DNA of 64,000 bases from the NCBI GenBank assembly GCA_963777325.1, contig CAVZQE010000007.1, positions 4,536 to 68,535 on the forward strand, in the 5' to 3' direction. The notes under the pieces are model-generated. The model saw nothing but the letters and a program-made list of their open reading frames with translations. It made no database searches and was not told where the DNA came from. Shown here in pieces: positions 48,650 to 59,214 of this stretch. This stretch comes from an uncultured Alphaproteobacteria bacterium. GTDB lineage: Bacteria > Pseudomonadota > Alphaproteobacteria > Acetobacterales > Acetobacteraceae. A program made the translations under genes and the position numbers. The stretch's first letter is position 1. Each line of letters starts with the position of its first letter.

Positions 48650-49588
48650 ATGGCTCGCACCATCGCCGGCATCCACCACGTCACGGCGATCTCCGGCCCC
48701 GCGCAAGCGAACGTCGATTTCTATGTCGGCCGGCTCGGGCAGAAGCTGGTCAAGAAGACCGTCAATTTCGACGCGCCCGACACCTATCATCTCTATTACG
48801 GCGACCGCACGGGCACGCCCGGCACCATCCTGACCTTCTTTCCGTTCGCGGACGCGGGATCGGGGCGCGCCGGGCCGGGAATGGCGAGCGCGCTCGCCTA
48901 CGCCGTCCCGGCCGGCGGGCTGGATGTCTGGATGGAGCGCCTGGCGGAGCAAGCGATCGAGTTCGAGGGACCATCGACGCGCCTCTGCGACCGCATGATC
49001 GCGCTCGCCGACCCCGACCGGTTGCGCGTGGAACTGATTGAGGAAGCCGGCGCGACGACGGGGGGCGATGCGGGCAAGCCGGCTGGTGGCGGCTTTCACT
49101 CCGTCACGCTCTGGCTGGAACGGCCGGACGCGACGGCGCGGGTGTTGACGGACTTGTTCGGCTATGAGCCGGCCGGTCACGAAAACAATGGAGGCACGGA
49201 GCGCCTTCGCTTCCGGACACCGTTCGGCGAGCGCGGCTCCGTCGTGGATCTCGTTCGCTCCGACGCGCCGTCGATCGGCCGGCAAGGCGCGGGCACGATC
49301 CACCACGTCGCGTTCCGGGCCGAGGACGACGCGGCGCAAGGCGAATGGCGTGAGCGCGTAGCGGCGTTCGGCCTCGACGTGACGCCCGTGATCGATCGGC
49401 GGTATTTCCATTCCATCTACTTCCGCGAGCCGGGCGGCGTATTGTTCGAGATCGCGACCGACGCGCCGGGCTTCGCGGTGGACGAGCCGCCCGGCGAACT
49501 CGGAACGCATCTGATGCTGCCGCCGCGCTACGAGACGCAACGCCGCGCGATCGAACGCGTGTTGCCTCCGATCAGCGTGCCCGCTTGA
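48650..49588 (+). CDS. VOC-family ring-cleaving dioxygenase (glyoxalase-fold, two domains)
   Basis: Contains GIHHVTAISG..NVDFY..LGQKLVKKTVNFDAPDTYHLYYGD and GTIHHVAFR..YFHSIYFREPGGVLFEIATD. Confidence 0.88.
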   Translation: MARTIAGIHHVTAISGPAQANVDFYVGRLGQKLVKKTVNFDAPDTYHLYYGDRTGTPGTILTFFPFADAGSGRAGPGMASALAYAVPAGGLDVWMERLAEQAIEFEGPSTRLCDRMIALADPDRLRVELIEEAGATTGGDAGKPAGGGFHSVTLWLERPDATARVLTDLFGYEPAGHENNGGTERLRFRTPFGERGSVVDLVRSDAPSIGRQGAGTIHHVAFRAEDDAAQGEWRERVAAFGLDVTPVIDRRYFHSIYFREPGGVLFEIATDAPGFAVDEPPGELGTHLMLPPRYETQRRAIERVLPPISVPA

Positions 49589-51281
49589 ACGACGCCGGAT
49601 CGGCGGCCGGTCCGGAGGATCGCGGCTGCCGGATTTCGGGGAAGCGCTGCCGTGTCGTCGCCGATTGCCCGGTCACCAGTTCGGCGCAGCGGCTTCCGAG
49701 CATCAGCGCCGGTGCCGCCGTGTTGCCCGCGTTGATGTTCGGCATCGCGGAGAGATCGCACACGCGCAGATTCGCAACGCCACGGACCCGAAGCCGCGAA
49801 TTGAGCACGGCCATCCGGTCCCCGGTTGACCCCATGCGGCAGGTTCCGCTCGGGTGGTAGTTCGTTTTCACGTGACGACGGCAGTGCTTCATGACCGCAT
49901 CGTCGCCGAGATCGCCCGGATCGGGGACGGCGATGCGCTTGATGCGGTCCGAAAGCGGCTTGGCCTGCAGAGCGCGGAGGAAGAACCGCTGGCCGGCGAT
50001 CATCGCCTCGGCATCGGCGGGATGTTTCAGCAGATGGGGCGAGACCAGCGGCATGTCGCCGGGATCGGCGGATCGCAAGCGGACGAAACCGCGCGAGCGG
50101 GGTTTGACCACGACCGTGGTGATGGTCACGCCATAGGTATTCTCGACCAGGGACAGCGCGTCGCGATCGAGATAGACGATCGGCACGCAGAAGGCTTGGA
50201 TCGTCGGTTCCGACCCCGGATCGACCGGGTTGACGAACGCCCCGGCTTCCACCCCGGCCGACAGGATCGGCCCGCTGCCGAATAGCCGGAACTGCATGCC
50301 GTTGAGCAGCATCCGCCAGCCGACACCCTGCTTGTAGTAGCCGTGCCGTCCGCTCGCGGTCGCGATGATCGGCACCTCTGGATGATCGATGAGATTTTCG
50401 CCGACGCCAGGGAGATCGACGAGGCAGCGGATGCCGTGCGTTCCGAGGTGATCGGCGGGGCCGATTCCGGACAACATCAGCAGCTGCGGCGTGACGAGCG
50501 CGCCGGCGGAGAGGATCACCTCCCGATCGGCGAACGCCCGGTGCTCGGCGCCGGCCGCGTCGGAGAAGGTGACGCCGGTCGCCCGGCCTCCCTCGATCTC
50601 GATCCGCCGCACGGGGGCGTTGAGGCGGATCGTCAGCCGGGGATCGCCGGCCAGCGGCGCGAGGAACGCGTAGGCCGCGCTGCTGCGCTTCCCGCGCCGA
50701 TTGGTGAACTGGTAGAAGCCGACCCCGCGCTGCGTCGGTCCGTTGAAGTCGTGGTTGAACGGCTCGCCGAGACCCTGGACGCTCTGCACGAACCACCGGG
50801 AAAACTCGTTGATGTGCCCTGGATCGGAGACGAGCAGCGGCCCATCCACGCCGTGCCGCTCGTCGAACAGCCGCTCATTGCCCTCCATGACGCGGAAATG
50901 CGGCAGCACATCCGTCCAGCGCCAACCCGGGTAGTCGTTCTCTCCGCGCAGCATTTCGTGCCACTCGTCGTAGTCGGAGGGCCTGCCTCGCATGTAGACC
51001 TGGGCATTGACGGACGAACCGCCGCCGAGAACGTGGCCTTGCGGGATGTCGTGAACGCGGCCGCCCAGATGCTCCTGCGGTACCGTCTTGTGGTATCGCA
51101 TGTATTTGCTGCCGTTGATCATCTTGAAGATGCCCGGCGGCATGTCGAGCAAGGGATGCCGGTGAGAGTGGCCGGCCTCCAGCAGCAGCACGCGGGCCCC
51201 CGCCTCCTGCACCAGCTGCGAGGCGACGACACAGCCCGCGGCGCCCCCGCCCACGACGATGTAGTCGAAGCTTTCGCTCAT
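49572..51281 (-). CDS. GMC-family oxidoreductase (choline dehydrogenase-like)
   Basis: The ATG at 51281 gives MSESFDYIVVGGGAAGCVVASQL. Also contains GGSSVNAQVY and HPSGTCRMG. Confidence 0.9.
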   Translation of the reverse strand: MSESFDYIVVGGGAAGCVVASQLVQEAGARVLLLEAGHSHRHPLLDMPPGIFKMINGSKYMRYHKTVPQEHLGGRVHDIPQGHVLGGGSSVNAQVYMRGRPSDYDEWHEMLRGENDYPGWRWTDVLPHFRVMEGNERLFDERHGVDGPLLVSDPGHINEFSRWFVQSVQGLGEPFNHDFNGPTQRGVGFYQFTNRRGKRSSAAYAFLAPLAGDPRLTIRLNAPVRRIEIEGGRATGVTFSDAAGAEHRAFADREVILSAGALVTPQLLMLSGIGPADHLGTHGIRCLVDLPGVGENLIDHPEVPIIATASGRHGYYKQGVGWRMLLNGMQFRLFGSGPILSAGVEAGAFVNPVDPGSEPTIQAFCVPIVYLDRDALSLVENTYGVTITTVVVKPRSRGFVRLRSADPGDMPLVSPHLLKHPADAEAMIAGQRFFLRALQAKPLSDRIKRIAVPDPGDLGDDAVMKHCRRHVKTNYHPSGTCRMGSTGDRMAVLNSRLRVRGVANLRVCDLSAMPNINAGNTAAPALMLGSRCAELVTGQSATTRQRFPEIRQPRSSGPAADPASFKRAR

Positions 51282-51318
51282 CGCCTCCCCTCTCGACGGC
51301 TCGGGTAGCGGTGCTTGC

Positions 51319-52407
51319 TCAGGCGCGAATGCTCTCGAGCGCCTTCCAGTCGAATTCGACCCCATGGCCCGGCCGTTCCGGCGCGATCGCGAACCCGTCC
51401 TCGATCCTGAGCGGCGCGGCGATGTAGCGGTCGAGCCCGAAACCGTGCGCCTCGAGATAGGAGCGGTTGGGCGCGGCCGCGAGCAGATGCACCGTGACGT
51501 CGTGGGCGCCGTGCGACGTCACCGGCAGGTTGTACGCCTCGGCCAGGTGCGCGATCTTCATGAAGGAGGTCACGCCGCCGCAGTTCGTGACATCCGGCTC
51601 CGGATAGGTGACGCCGCCCGCCGCGATCAGCTGCTTGAATTCCCACAAGGTCCGAAGATTCTCGCCGGAGGCGACCGGCAGTCCGCCGTCGCGCACGACC
51701 CGGACCTGCCCGGCCACGTCGTCGGGGATGAGCGGCTCTTCCAGCCAGCCGGGGGCATAGGGCTGAAAGGCACGCGCCGCGCGGATCGCCTCGTCCGCCG
51801 ACCATTTCATGTTCGCGTCCACCATCAGCGGAAAGCCCTCGCCCAGATGCTCGCGCATGGCGCGGACGCGCTCGACGTCCTCGGCCAGATTCTTGCGCCC
51901 GACCTTCATCTTGATGGCGCGGAAGCCCTTCTTGAGATTGTCGTCGGTCTGCCGCAGCAGCTTGTCGAGCGGGAAGTCGAGATCGATCCCGCCCGCGTAG
52001 CAGGGCACACGCGGGTCATAGCCGCCGAGCAATCTCCACAGCGGCTGGCCCAGGCGCTTCGCCTTCAGATCCCAGAGCGCCATGTCGAGGGCAGAGAGGG
52101 CGAGGACCGTCGGGCCGCCGCGGCCGCCGTAATGCTGTCCCCACCAGACTTTCTGCCACAGCAACTCGATCCGGTCGGCGTCCTGTCCGGCTACCTGGTC
52201 GGGAACGTCGCCGCGCAAGATCGCGTCGATCGCCGCGCCGTTGCGGCCGACGGTGAAGGTATAGCCGACGCCCTCGGCGCCTTCCGCATCCTGCAGCCGG
52301 ACGGTGTTGAGCTCGAAGTCGAGCATGTCGCCATGCATGCTGTCGCTGAGCGCGATCTCCAGGGGCACCCGGTAGTACCCCGCTGTCGTCCTGGCGATGG
52401 CCGGCAT
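51319..52407 (-). CDS. Enolase-superfamily enzyme (mandelate racemase/muconate lactonizing family)
   Basis: Contains KMKVG, MVDANMKW, WLEEP and ASGENL, the typical metal-ligand pattern. Confidence 0.88.
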   Translation of the reverse strand: MPAIARTTAGYYRVPLEIALSDSMHGDMLDFELNTVRLQDAEGAEGVGYTFTVGRNGAAIDAILRGDVPDQVAGQDADRIELLWQKVWWGQHYGGRGGPTVLALSALDMALWDLKAKRLGQPLWRLLGGYDPRVPCYAGGIDLDFPLDKLLRQTDDNLKKGFRAIKMKVGRKNLAEDVERVRAMREHLGEGFPLMVDANMKWSADEAIRAARAFQPYAPGWLEEPLIPDDVAGQVRVVRDGGLPVASGENLRTLWEFKQLIAAGGVTYPEPDVTNCGGVTSFMKIAHLAEAYNLPVTSHGAHDVTVHLLAAAPNRSYLEAHGFGLDRYIAAPLRIEDGFAIAPERPGHGVEFDWKALESIRA

Positions 52408-52481
52408 CGTGTTCCTCCCCGCTCGTTCGGTCCGTCAGGTTTCGGCTCGTCGCGAACGACGACGCATTCCATCGGCCTTCG

Positions 52482-53273
52482 CTAAATCCGCCACCATCCC
52501 CCCCGAACCTCCAGCGCGTCCAGCATTGCGTCCGCCGCGAGGCGTGGCAGCCGCCGCAGCAGCGAGGGGCGGCGCGGGCGGAAGACGCGCGGCCGCGCGC
52601 GTTCCCCGCCGATCTCGCGGACCAGGGCCGCGACGTCGCCCAGCCGGTCGATCAAGCCGAGCGTCAGCGCCTCGTCGCCGAGAAAGAAGCTGCCATCGAA
52701 CAATCTGGCCTCGTCGCCCTGCAGTCGCGCGCCGCGCCGGCTCCGGACCCAAGCCTTGAAGCGCTCGTGCAGGTCGGCCATCAGGCGCTGCACGAAGATG
52801 ACGTCCTCCGGCCGCTCCGGGCTGAACGGATCGAGCCGCGCCTTGTTCTCCCCCGCCGTGTACAGCCGCCGCTCGACGCCGAGCCGCGCCAGCGCGCCCG
52901 TGAAGCCGAAGCCGCCGCCCACGACCCCGATTGAGCCGACGATGCTCATCGCATTGGCGACGATCTCGTCGCCGGCGCAGGCGATCCAGTAGCCGCCGGA
53001 CGCGCCCACCTCCTGCACCACGGCATGGACGGTCACGCCCGCGCGGTCGGCCTCGCGGCGGATCGCGCCCGCGATCAGGTCCGACTGCACGGGCGAGCCG
53101 CCCGGGCTGTCGATGTCGAGCAGCACATGGCCGCCCCGCTTGCCGGCGGCGCGGATCGCGCGCTCGATCAGCGGCCCTACCGTCCGGAGCGACAGGCCCG
53201 AGCCGCCGCTTCGGATGACGCCGTGCAATTCGAGCACGGCGACACGGGGCCGCCGCCAGAACAGAAGCTTCAT
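52482..53273 (-). CDS. S49-family peptidase (SppA-like)
   Basis: Contains LDIDSPGGSPVQS and GASGGYWIACAGDEI. ATGA overlap with the upstream oxidase gene. Confidence 0.88.
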   Translation of the reverse strand: MKLLFWRRPRVAVLELHGVIRSGGSGLSLRTVGPLIERAIRAAGKRGGHVLLDIDSPGGSPVQSDLIAGAIRREADRAGVTVHAVVQEVGASGGYWIACAGDEIVANAMSIVGSIGVVGGGFGFTGALARLGVERRLYTAGENKARLDPFSPERPEDVIFVQRLMADLHERFKAWVRSRRGARLQGDEARLFDGSFFLGDEALTLGLIDRLGDVAALVREIGGERARPRVFRPRRPSLLRRLPRLAADAMLDALEVRGGWWRI

Positions 53274-54559
53274 GCGTGAGACACCAGAGCGGCCGCCCAA
53301 TCCGCCGCCGCGCGGCCGGTCAGATAGGCCCCGCCCACCGTGCCGGCGAGCGTCGGATGCGTCGCCTCGCCCGCGAACAGCAGCCGCCCGCCGCCAACCG
53401 GCTCCGAGAGCCGCGCCCGCGCGTCGGCCTGCCCCGGCACGGCGTAGGCATAGGCGCCCCGGAACAGCCGGTCCTCGGCCCAGCTCGTGACGACGGGCTC
53501 CGAGCGGGCGAACAGACGGTCGGCCCGGACGCCGAACAGCGCATGCAGATGGTCGCGCACGAGGGCGGCGGCGGCGCGCGGGCCTTCGCCGGCGACTGCC
53601 ATCGCCGCGTCCGCGCCGATCCATGCGATGATGTGGTCGCGTCCGAACGGCCAGAAGTTGAGGAGAATCGCGGGTTCGCACCGGTCCTCGATCCGCCGGT
53701 CGATGGTGCAGAACTCCGGCAGATCGAGCCGGTCGTCGCTCCCGGCCCGCAGCGCGACCTTGGTGGCGAGGCCCATCGGCAGGGTGTCGATACTGTCGCG
53801 CGTCGCGGGCGGCAGGTCCGGCACGAAGCGGATCGACCCCGCTTGCAGCACGCCCGTCGAGACCGTGACGATGCAGGCACGCGCCGTGATCGTCCCGGCG
53901 GTGGTCTCGACCGCGACGCCCGCCCCCGGCGCATCCCACCGGATGACCCTGGCCTCGGTCCCGAAGCGCACGTCGATGCCGCGGCCAAGCGTGGCGGCGA
54001 CAAGGGCGCCCAGACCCTCGCTTGACATCAGGTTGCGGCCCTGTAGCCCGTTGTTGCGCCAGTCGCGCAGGCTCAGCCGCGTCGCGGGAGCGGCGGCGAT
54101 GATCGGCCCTTCCCAGGCCTCGACGGTGAGCGCCCAGGGGTCCGCTTTAAGCCGGTCCGCGACGTCGGCGAGCGTCGCGTCCGATCCGGGCTCCGCGAGC
54201 AGCCCGTCCGCCGCAGCCTCGAAACGCGACCACGCCCGGTCGTAGCCGCGCAGCTCGGCTGCCGTCGCCCAGGCAGAGCCGATCCGGGTGCGGCCGTTGC
54301 GGACACGATCGGCGTCGACGAGCGGAACGCCCGCGCGCTCCGCGAGCGGAACCAGGGGGTTGCGGTCGGCGGCGTGCAGCCACACCGCGCCGTGGTCGAA
54401 CGGCGCTCCGCCGAGAGCGTCGGGCCGCGTGGTCCAGGCGCGGCCGCCGATACGGTCGCCGGCTTCGGCGAGGACGATGCGTCTGCCAAGAGTTCGCAAC
54501 CGCGACGCGGCCGAGAGGCCCGCCACACCCGCGCCGACGATGACGACCTCTGTCTCCAT
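53270..54559 (-). CDS. Flavin-containing amine oxidase family protein
   Basis: Contains VVIVGAGVAGLSAA..LEAGDRIGGR and C-terminal FAGEATH. Confidence 0.88.
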   Translation of the reverse strand: METEVVIVGAGVAGLSAASRLRTLGRRIVLAEAGDRIGGRAWTTRPDALGGAPFDHGAVWLHAADRNPLVPLAERAGVPLVDADRVRNGRTRIGSAWATAAELRGYDRAWSRFEAAADGLLAEPGSDATLADVADRLKADPWALTVEAWEGPIIAAAPATRLSLRDWRNNGLQGRNLMSSEGLGALVAATLGRGIDVRFGTEARVIRWDAPGAGVAVETTAGTITARACIVTVSTGVLQAGSIRFVPDLPPATRDSIDTLPMGLATKVALRAGSDDRLDLPEFCTIDRRIEDRCEPAILLNFWPFGRDHIIAWIGADAAMAVAGEGPRAAAALVRDHLHALFGVRADRLFARSEPVVTSWAEDRLFRGAYAYAVPGQADARARLSEPVGGGRLLFAGEATHPTLAGTVGGAYLTGRAAADWAAALVSHA

Positions 54560-54586
54560 GAGTGCGTAGCCGTCTGCGTTCCCCGG

Positions 54587-54808
54587 TCAGCGCTGGGCGC
54601 GCTTGGCGGCGTCCGGGTCGGAGCCCGCGTCCTCGTCCAGCTCCTGCACGACTTCCTCGACCGCCGAGCGATCCAGTTGCACCGCCTTCTCGGCCAGTTC
54701 ATCGCCCTTCTTCTTGTCGCCCTTCGCATATTCCTCGAGAGCTTGCTCGGCGAGCAGGCGGGCCTGCTCGTGCCGGTCCGTCGGCGCATCGCTGTCGGTG
54801 TCCGCCAT
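54587..54808 (-). CDS. Small acidic hypothetical protein (73 aa)
   Basis: Lies 27 nt upstream of the oxidase gene on the same strand. Helical, Glu/Asp/Lys-rich. Confidence 0.5.
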   Translation of the reverse strand: MADTDSDAPTDRHEQARLLAEQALEEYAKGDKKKGDELAEKAVQLDRSAVEEVVQELDEDAGSDPDAAKRAQR

Positions 54809-54992
54809 CTCCGTCTATCCCCCTTGAACGCAACGCGATCATGGTCAACGCGAACGCCGCCCCTCGTGCGAACGGGTGCTGTTCGTTCCCCCATCCGGGT
54901 GTACATTGACCGGGTCGCCGCCAAATCGGGCGCGACCCGCGTAGGGCTGCATGCGGGCACGGGTTTAGTCAACCGCGGAATCGGACGGAGAC

Positions 54993-56525
54993 ATGGCGGA
55001 GGAGAGCGGGACCGGAAACGTCGAGCTGGAGCTGAAGCTCGCGCTGCCGCGGCATGGCCGGGCCGCGATCGAGCAGCTGGCGACGTTCCGGGCCGCGCCG
55101 GCCCGGCACCTGCACGAGATCACGACCTATTTCGACACGCCCGGCCTCGACCTCAGGCGGGAGGGCGTGGCGCTGCGCGTGCGCAGACGGGGAGACCGGC
55201 TGATCCAGACCCTCAAGACGAGCGCCGCCGACGAGGTCGCGAGCAATCGCGGCGAGTGGGAGTGGGACGTGGAGAGCGACCAGCCCGATATCGGCCGCCT
55301 GCGGGAGACGCCGCGCGCCGATCTGATCGGGCGGCTGGACGGCGCGCTCCGGCCGGTGTTCCGGACGGACATCGCGCGGACGACGCGCATGCTGGACGGC
55401 GCCGGGGGCGCGCGCGTGGAGGTCGCGCTCGACGAGGGGCAGATCATCGCGGGCGACGCGCGCGAGCCGGTCAGCGAACTCGAACTCGAACTGAAGTCGG
55501 GCAACGATCCGGCCGCGCTGTATCACCTCGCCCTCGACATCCACGCGCACGTCCCGCTCGCGCTCGCGGGCGACAGCAAGGCCGCGCGCGGCTATCGCCT
55601 TTACGACGGCGGCGCTGCATCCGCGCGCAAGGCCCCGCGCGTGCGGCTTACGCCCGGCATCACCGTTGCCGAAGGCTTCCGCCGGATTTCGGCGAACGGC
55701 CTCGCCCACCTCGTCGTCAATACGGCGCTCGCCGAACGCGGCGATCCGGAGGGCATCCACCAGGTCCGAGTCGCCTGCCGCCGTCTGCGCGCCGCGCTGG
55801 TGCTGTTCAAGAAGCATCTCGACAGCACAGAAAGCGAAGTGTTCGGCGACGCTCTGCGGGAACTCGGGCGCGTGCTCGGAGCGGCGCGGGACTGGGATGT
55901 GTTCGTCCTCGAGACCCTGGCCGATGCCGGACGTGAGCAGCCGGGCGCGGGCTGGCCGCACGAGCTGGAGCGCGCGGCCGAGGGGCGGCGCGAGGAAGCG
56001 CATTCGGAGGCGGCGAAGACGCTGAAGGGCGCCGCTTTCACGCGCCTCGTGCTCTCCTTCGCCGCCTGGGTCGAGGACGGTGTGCGCGATCCGGCGCAGC
56101 TCGGCGACAAGGCGATGCGCAAGAAGCTGAAGCAGATCGCGCCCGAGATGCTCGACCGGGTCGATCGCAAGGCACGGACGCGCGGCCAGGGAATCGAGCA
56201 TCTGAACGAGGAGCAGCTGCACGCCTTGCGCAAGGCGCTGAAGAAGCTCCGCTACGACGCGGAGTTTTTCGAAGGGCTCTACGAGCATCACGCCGTCAAG
56301 CAGTACCGCAAGCATTGCGAGCGCCTGCAGGAGCTGCTTGGGCGATTTAACGACGCCCGCATGACGCTCGTTCTGGTTGATCGCCTTTCCGAACCGAGCC
56401 TCCCGTCGCTCGCTGGGGCGGCCGAGCGGGCGCGCATCTGGGCGGAGGCGCGACGCGACACGGCGCTGGCCGAACTGGGGCCGGCCTGGGGAGAGTTCCG
56501 GACGGCTGAGCCGTTCTGGAATTGA
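54993..56525 (+). CDS. CYTH- and CHAD-domain protein
   Basis: N-terminal EXEXK (VELELKL) triphosphate-tunnel signature with a second ELELELK. C-terminal CHAD helices (IHQVRVACRRLRAAL.., LHALRKALKKLRY). Confidence 0.88.
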   Translation: MAEESGTGNVELELKLALPRHGRAAIEQLATFRAAPARHLHEITTYFDTPGLDLRREGVALRVRRRGDRLIQTLKTSAADEVASNRGEWEWDVESDQPDIGRLRETPRADLIGRLDGALRPVFRTDIARTTRMLDGAGGARVEVALDEGQIIAGDAREPVSELELELKSGNDPAALYHLALDIHAHVPLALAGDSKAARGYRLYDGGAASARKAPRVRLTPGITVAEGFRRISANGLAHLVVNTALAERGDPEGIHQVRVACRRLRAALVLFKKHLDSTESEVFGDALRELGRVLGAARDWDVFVLETLADAGREQPGAGWPHELERAAEGRREEAHSEAAKTLKGAAFTRLVLSFAAWVEDGVRDPAQLGDKAMRKKLKQIAPEMLDRVDRKARTRGQGIEHLNEEQLHALRKALKKLRYDAEFFEGLYEHHAVKQYRKHCERLQELLGRFNDARMTLVLVDRLSEPSLPSLAGAAERARIWAEARRDTALAELGPAWGEFRTAEPFWN

Positions 56526-56529
56526 GCCG

Positions 56530-57987
56530 GTGGATCTGCCCGAGCCGCCGCTGTTCCGCCCGCCGCTGCCGGACATCCCGGCGCGCGAGCAATCCTTCCT
56601 GCGTTTCCTGGGGAGCGTGCGGACCAACGCGCTCCGCATGTGGCCACAAGAGGCTTACGAAGCCGACAGCCTCGTGCAACCTTTCCTCGGTCGCACGCGC
56701 ATCCTGCTGAACGCGCCGCACGCGATCCGTCATGTGCTGATCGACAATCCCGGGAACTACCGGCGCACCCGCGCCTCGCTCCGCATCCTGCGGCCGATCG
56801 CCGGGGCGGGCCTGCTGCTCAGCGAGGGCGAGGACTGGAAATTGCAGCGCCGGACGATCGCGCCCGCCCTTGCCCCGCGCGTCGTGCCGCTGCTCCTACG
56901 CCACGTCGCGAGCGCGGCCGGGGAGGCGATCCGGCGGCTTGGAGGCGATCGCGGCGAGCCGGTCGATCTGCTCGCCGCGATGCAGGGGCTGGCGCTCGAG
57001 ATCGCCGGGCGTTCCATGTTCTCGATCGAAATGCACGAGCACGGGCCGCGGCTGCGCGCAATGCTGCTCGAATTCGCGGAACGGCACAGCCGGCCGTACC
57101 TGCTCGACATGCTGCTGCCGCGCTCGATGCTCGCGCCCCGCGACATCGGACGACGGCGGTTTCAGAGGCGCTGGATGGCGTTCATCGCGCGGATGATCGC
57201 GCCCCGGCTCGCGGAGCCGCCCGCGACGACGCCGCGCGACCTGCTCGACCTGCTGCTGGCCGCGCGCGATCCGGATACCGGCTTGGGCTTCTCGCCCCTC
57301 CAGCTGCGCGACCAGGTGGCGACGATGATCGTCGCCGGCCATGAGACGACGGCGGTGGCGCTGTTCTGGTCGCTCACCCTCCTCGCCTTCGACGCGGCGG
57401 AGCAGGAGCGCGTGGCGACCGAAGCGCGCGGACTGGATCTGGGACCGGATGGGGCCGCGTCCGCCCTGCCGCGCCTCGTCCGCACGCGGGCCGTGGTCAG
57501 CGAGGCGCTGCGGCTATATCCGCCCATCTTCACCATGGTGCGGGAGGCGATCGCGCCGGACCGTGCCGGAGACGTGCCAATCCCGGCCGGAGCGGTCGTG
57601 ATGATCGCGCCCTGGGTGCTGCACCGGCATCGTAGCCTGTGGCGTCGGCCGGACGATTTCGATCCGGGACGCTTCATGCCGCAAGCGCCCCCGCCGGCGC
57701 GGTTCGCCTACCTGCCGTTCGGCGCCGGGCCACGGGTCTGCGTCGGCGCCCAGTTCGCGCTGGCCGAGGCGACGCTCGTGCTCGGGTCGCTCGTGCAGGC
57801 GTTCCGGATCGAGCGCAGCGACACGCGTCCGGTGCTGCCCGTCGCGATCGTGACCACCCAGCCGGACCACCGGCCCGGCTTTCGCCTGCTGCCGCGCGAC
57901 CGCTTCCCAGCTCTTGCACGCCGTAAACCACAAGCTGAGTTCGACGCGCCGCGATCGCACGACAGTGGAGCCGAGATTCCGCCATAA
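56530..57987 (+). CDS. Cytochrome P450
   Basis: Contains AGHETT, ExxR (SEALRLYPP) and the heme loop FGAGPRVCVGAQFA. The start is uncertain; GTG at 56530 lies just after the CHAD gene stop. Confidence 0.88.
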   Translation: MDLPEPPLFRPPLPDIPAREQSFLRFLGSVRTNALRMWPQEAYEADSLVQPFLGRTRILLNAPHAIRHVLIDNPGNYRRTRASLRILRPIAGAGLLLSEGEDWKLQRRTIAPALAPRVVPLLLRHVASAAGEAIRRLGGDRGEPVDLLAAMQGLALEIAGRSMFSIEMHEHGPRLRAMLLEFAERHSRPYLLDMLLPRSMLAPRDIGRRRFQRRWMAFIARMIAPRLAEPPATTPRDLLDLLLAARDPDTGLGFSPLQLRDQVATMIVAGHETTAVALFWSLTLLAFDAAEQERVATEARGLDLGPDGAASALPRLVRTRAVVSEALRLYPPIFTMVREAIAPDRAGDVPIPAGAVVMIAPWVLHRHRSLWRRPDDFDPGRFMPQAPPPARFAYLPFGAGPRVCVGAQFALAEATLVLGSLVQAFRIERSDTRPVLPVAIVTTQPDHRPGFRLLPRDRFPALARRKPQAEFDAPRSHDSGAEIPP

Positions 57988-58094
57988 TCACGCAATAAGA
58001 GTGATGGTGAAATGCGAAACCAAGGGCGCTCGCTCAAGTTATCGTTTTCGGACGTGACTTGCACCCGAGCATTGCCCGAATTGAAAGGCCATCA

Positions 58095-59150
58095 ATGCGT
58101 ATCGCCCAGATCGCTCCCTTGTTCGAGGCGGTGCCGCCCAAGCTGTACGGCGGCACGGAGCGGGTCGTCTCCAACCTGACGGAAGAACTCGTGGCGATGG
58201 GCCACGACGTGACCCTGTTCGCGAGCGGGGACAGCGTGACCGCCGCCAATCTGGAACCGGTCTGGCCGCGCGCGATCCGGCTCGATCCGACCGTGCGCGA
58301 CTGGATCGCCGCCTATGGCCGCATGCTGGAACTGGTCGCGCGGCGCGTGGACGAGTTCGACGTTCTGCACTTCCACATCGATTACTTCCCCTTTTCTCTG
58401 TTCAGCCGCCTCCGCACGCCGTTCGTCACGACGCTGCACGGGCGGCTCGACTTGCCGGAATTCGGGCAAATCTACAATCTGTTCCCGCATGTGCCGGTCG
58501 TCTCGATTTCGGATTACCAGCGGCGGCCGTTGCCCCGGCTGGGTTGGGTCGGCACCGTGCTGCATGGGCTGCCCGAGACGCTGCTCACGCCGAAGCCGGT
58601 GAAGCAGGAGTATCTGGCGTTCCTCGGCCGCATCTCGCCCGACAAGGGCATCGACAAGGCGATCCGCATCGCCGCCGCCGTGGGCATGAAGCTGAAGATC
58701 GCGGCGAAGATCGACAAGGCCGACCAGGAATATTACGACGCCGAGATCAAGCCGCTGCTGGCGCAGGGCCATGTCGAGTTCATCGGCGAGATCAACGATA
58801 CTCAGAAGGCCGACTTCCTCGGCGGCGCGCACGCGCTCCTGTTCCCGATCGACTGGCCCGAGCCGTTCGGCCTCGTCATGATCGAGGCGATCGCCTGCGG
58901 CACGCCCGTGATCGCGTATAACCGCGGTTCCGTCCCCGAGGTGATCGACGACGGCGTCACGGGCTTCATCGTCGAGAACGAAGCGGAGGCGATCGCGGCG
59001 GTCGGCCCGCTCGGGAGCCTGGATCGGAGCCTCGTCCGCAAACGGTTCGAGACGCGCTGGACGGCGCGGCGCATGGCCGAGGACTACCTGGACATCTACG
59101 AGCGCATCAGCCGGGTGGACAGCCCGAAGCTTCGGGCCGTGGGAGACTGA
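58095..59150 (+). CDS. Glycosyltransferase family 4/1
   Basis: Starts MRIAQIAPLFEAVPPKLYGGTERVV. Contains EPFGLVMIEAIACGTPVIA..GSVPEVI. Confidence 0.9.
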   Translation: MRIAQIAPLFEAVPPKLYGGTERVVSNLTEELVAMGHDVTLFASGDSVTAANLEPVWPRAIRLDPTVRDWIAAYGRMLELVARRVDEFDVLHFHIDYFPFSLFSRLRTPFVTTLHGRLDLPEFGQIYNLFPHVPVVSISDYQRRPLPRLGWVGTVLHGLPETLLTPKPVKQEYLAFLGRISPDKGIDKAIRIAAAVGMKLKIAAKIDKADQEYYDAEIKPLLAQGHVEFIGEINDTQKADFLGGAHALLFPIDWPEPFGLVMIEAIACGTPVIAYNRGSVPEVIDDGVTGFIVENEAEAIAAVGPLGSLDRSLVRKRFETRWTARRMAEDYLDIYERISRVDSPKLRAVGD

Positions 59151-59214
59151 GCTTGGATGACGGCCCGGCGCGTGAGCAACTCGCCGCGCTGTATCGGGCG
59201 CTCGGACGGAGAAG

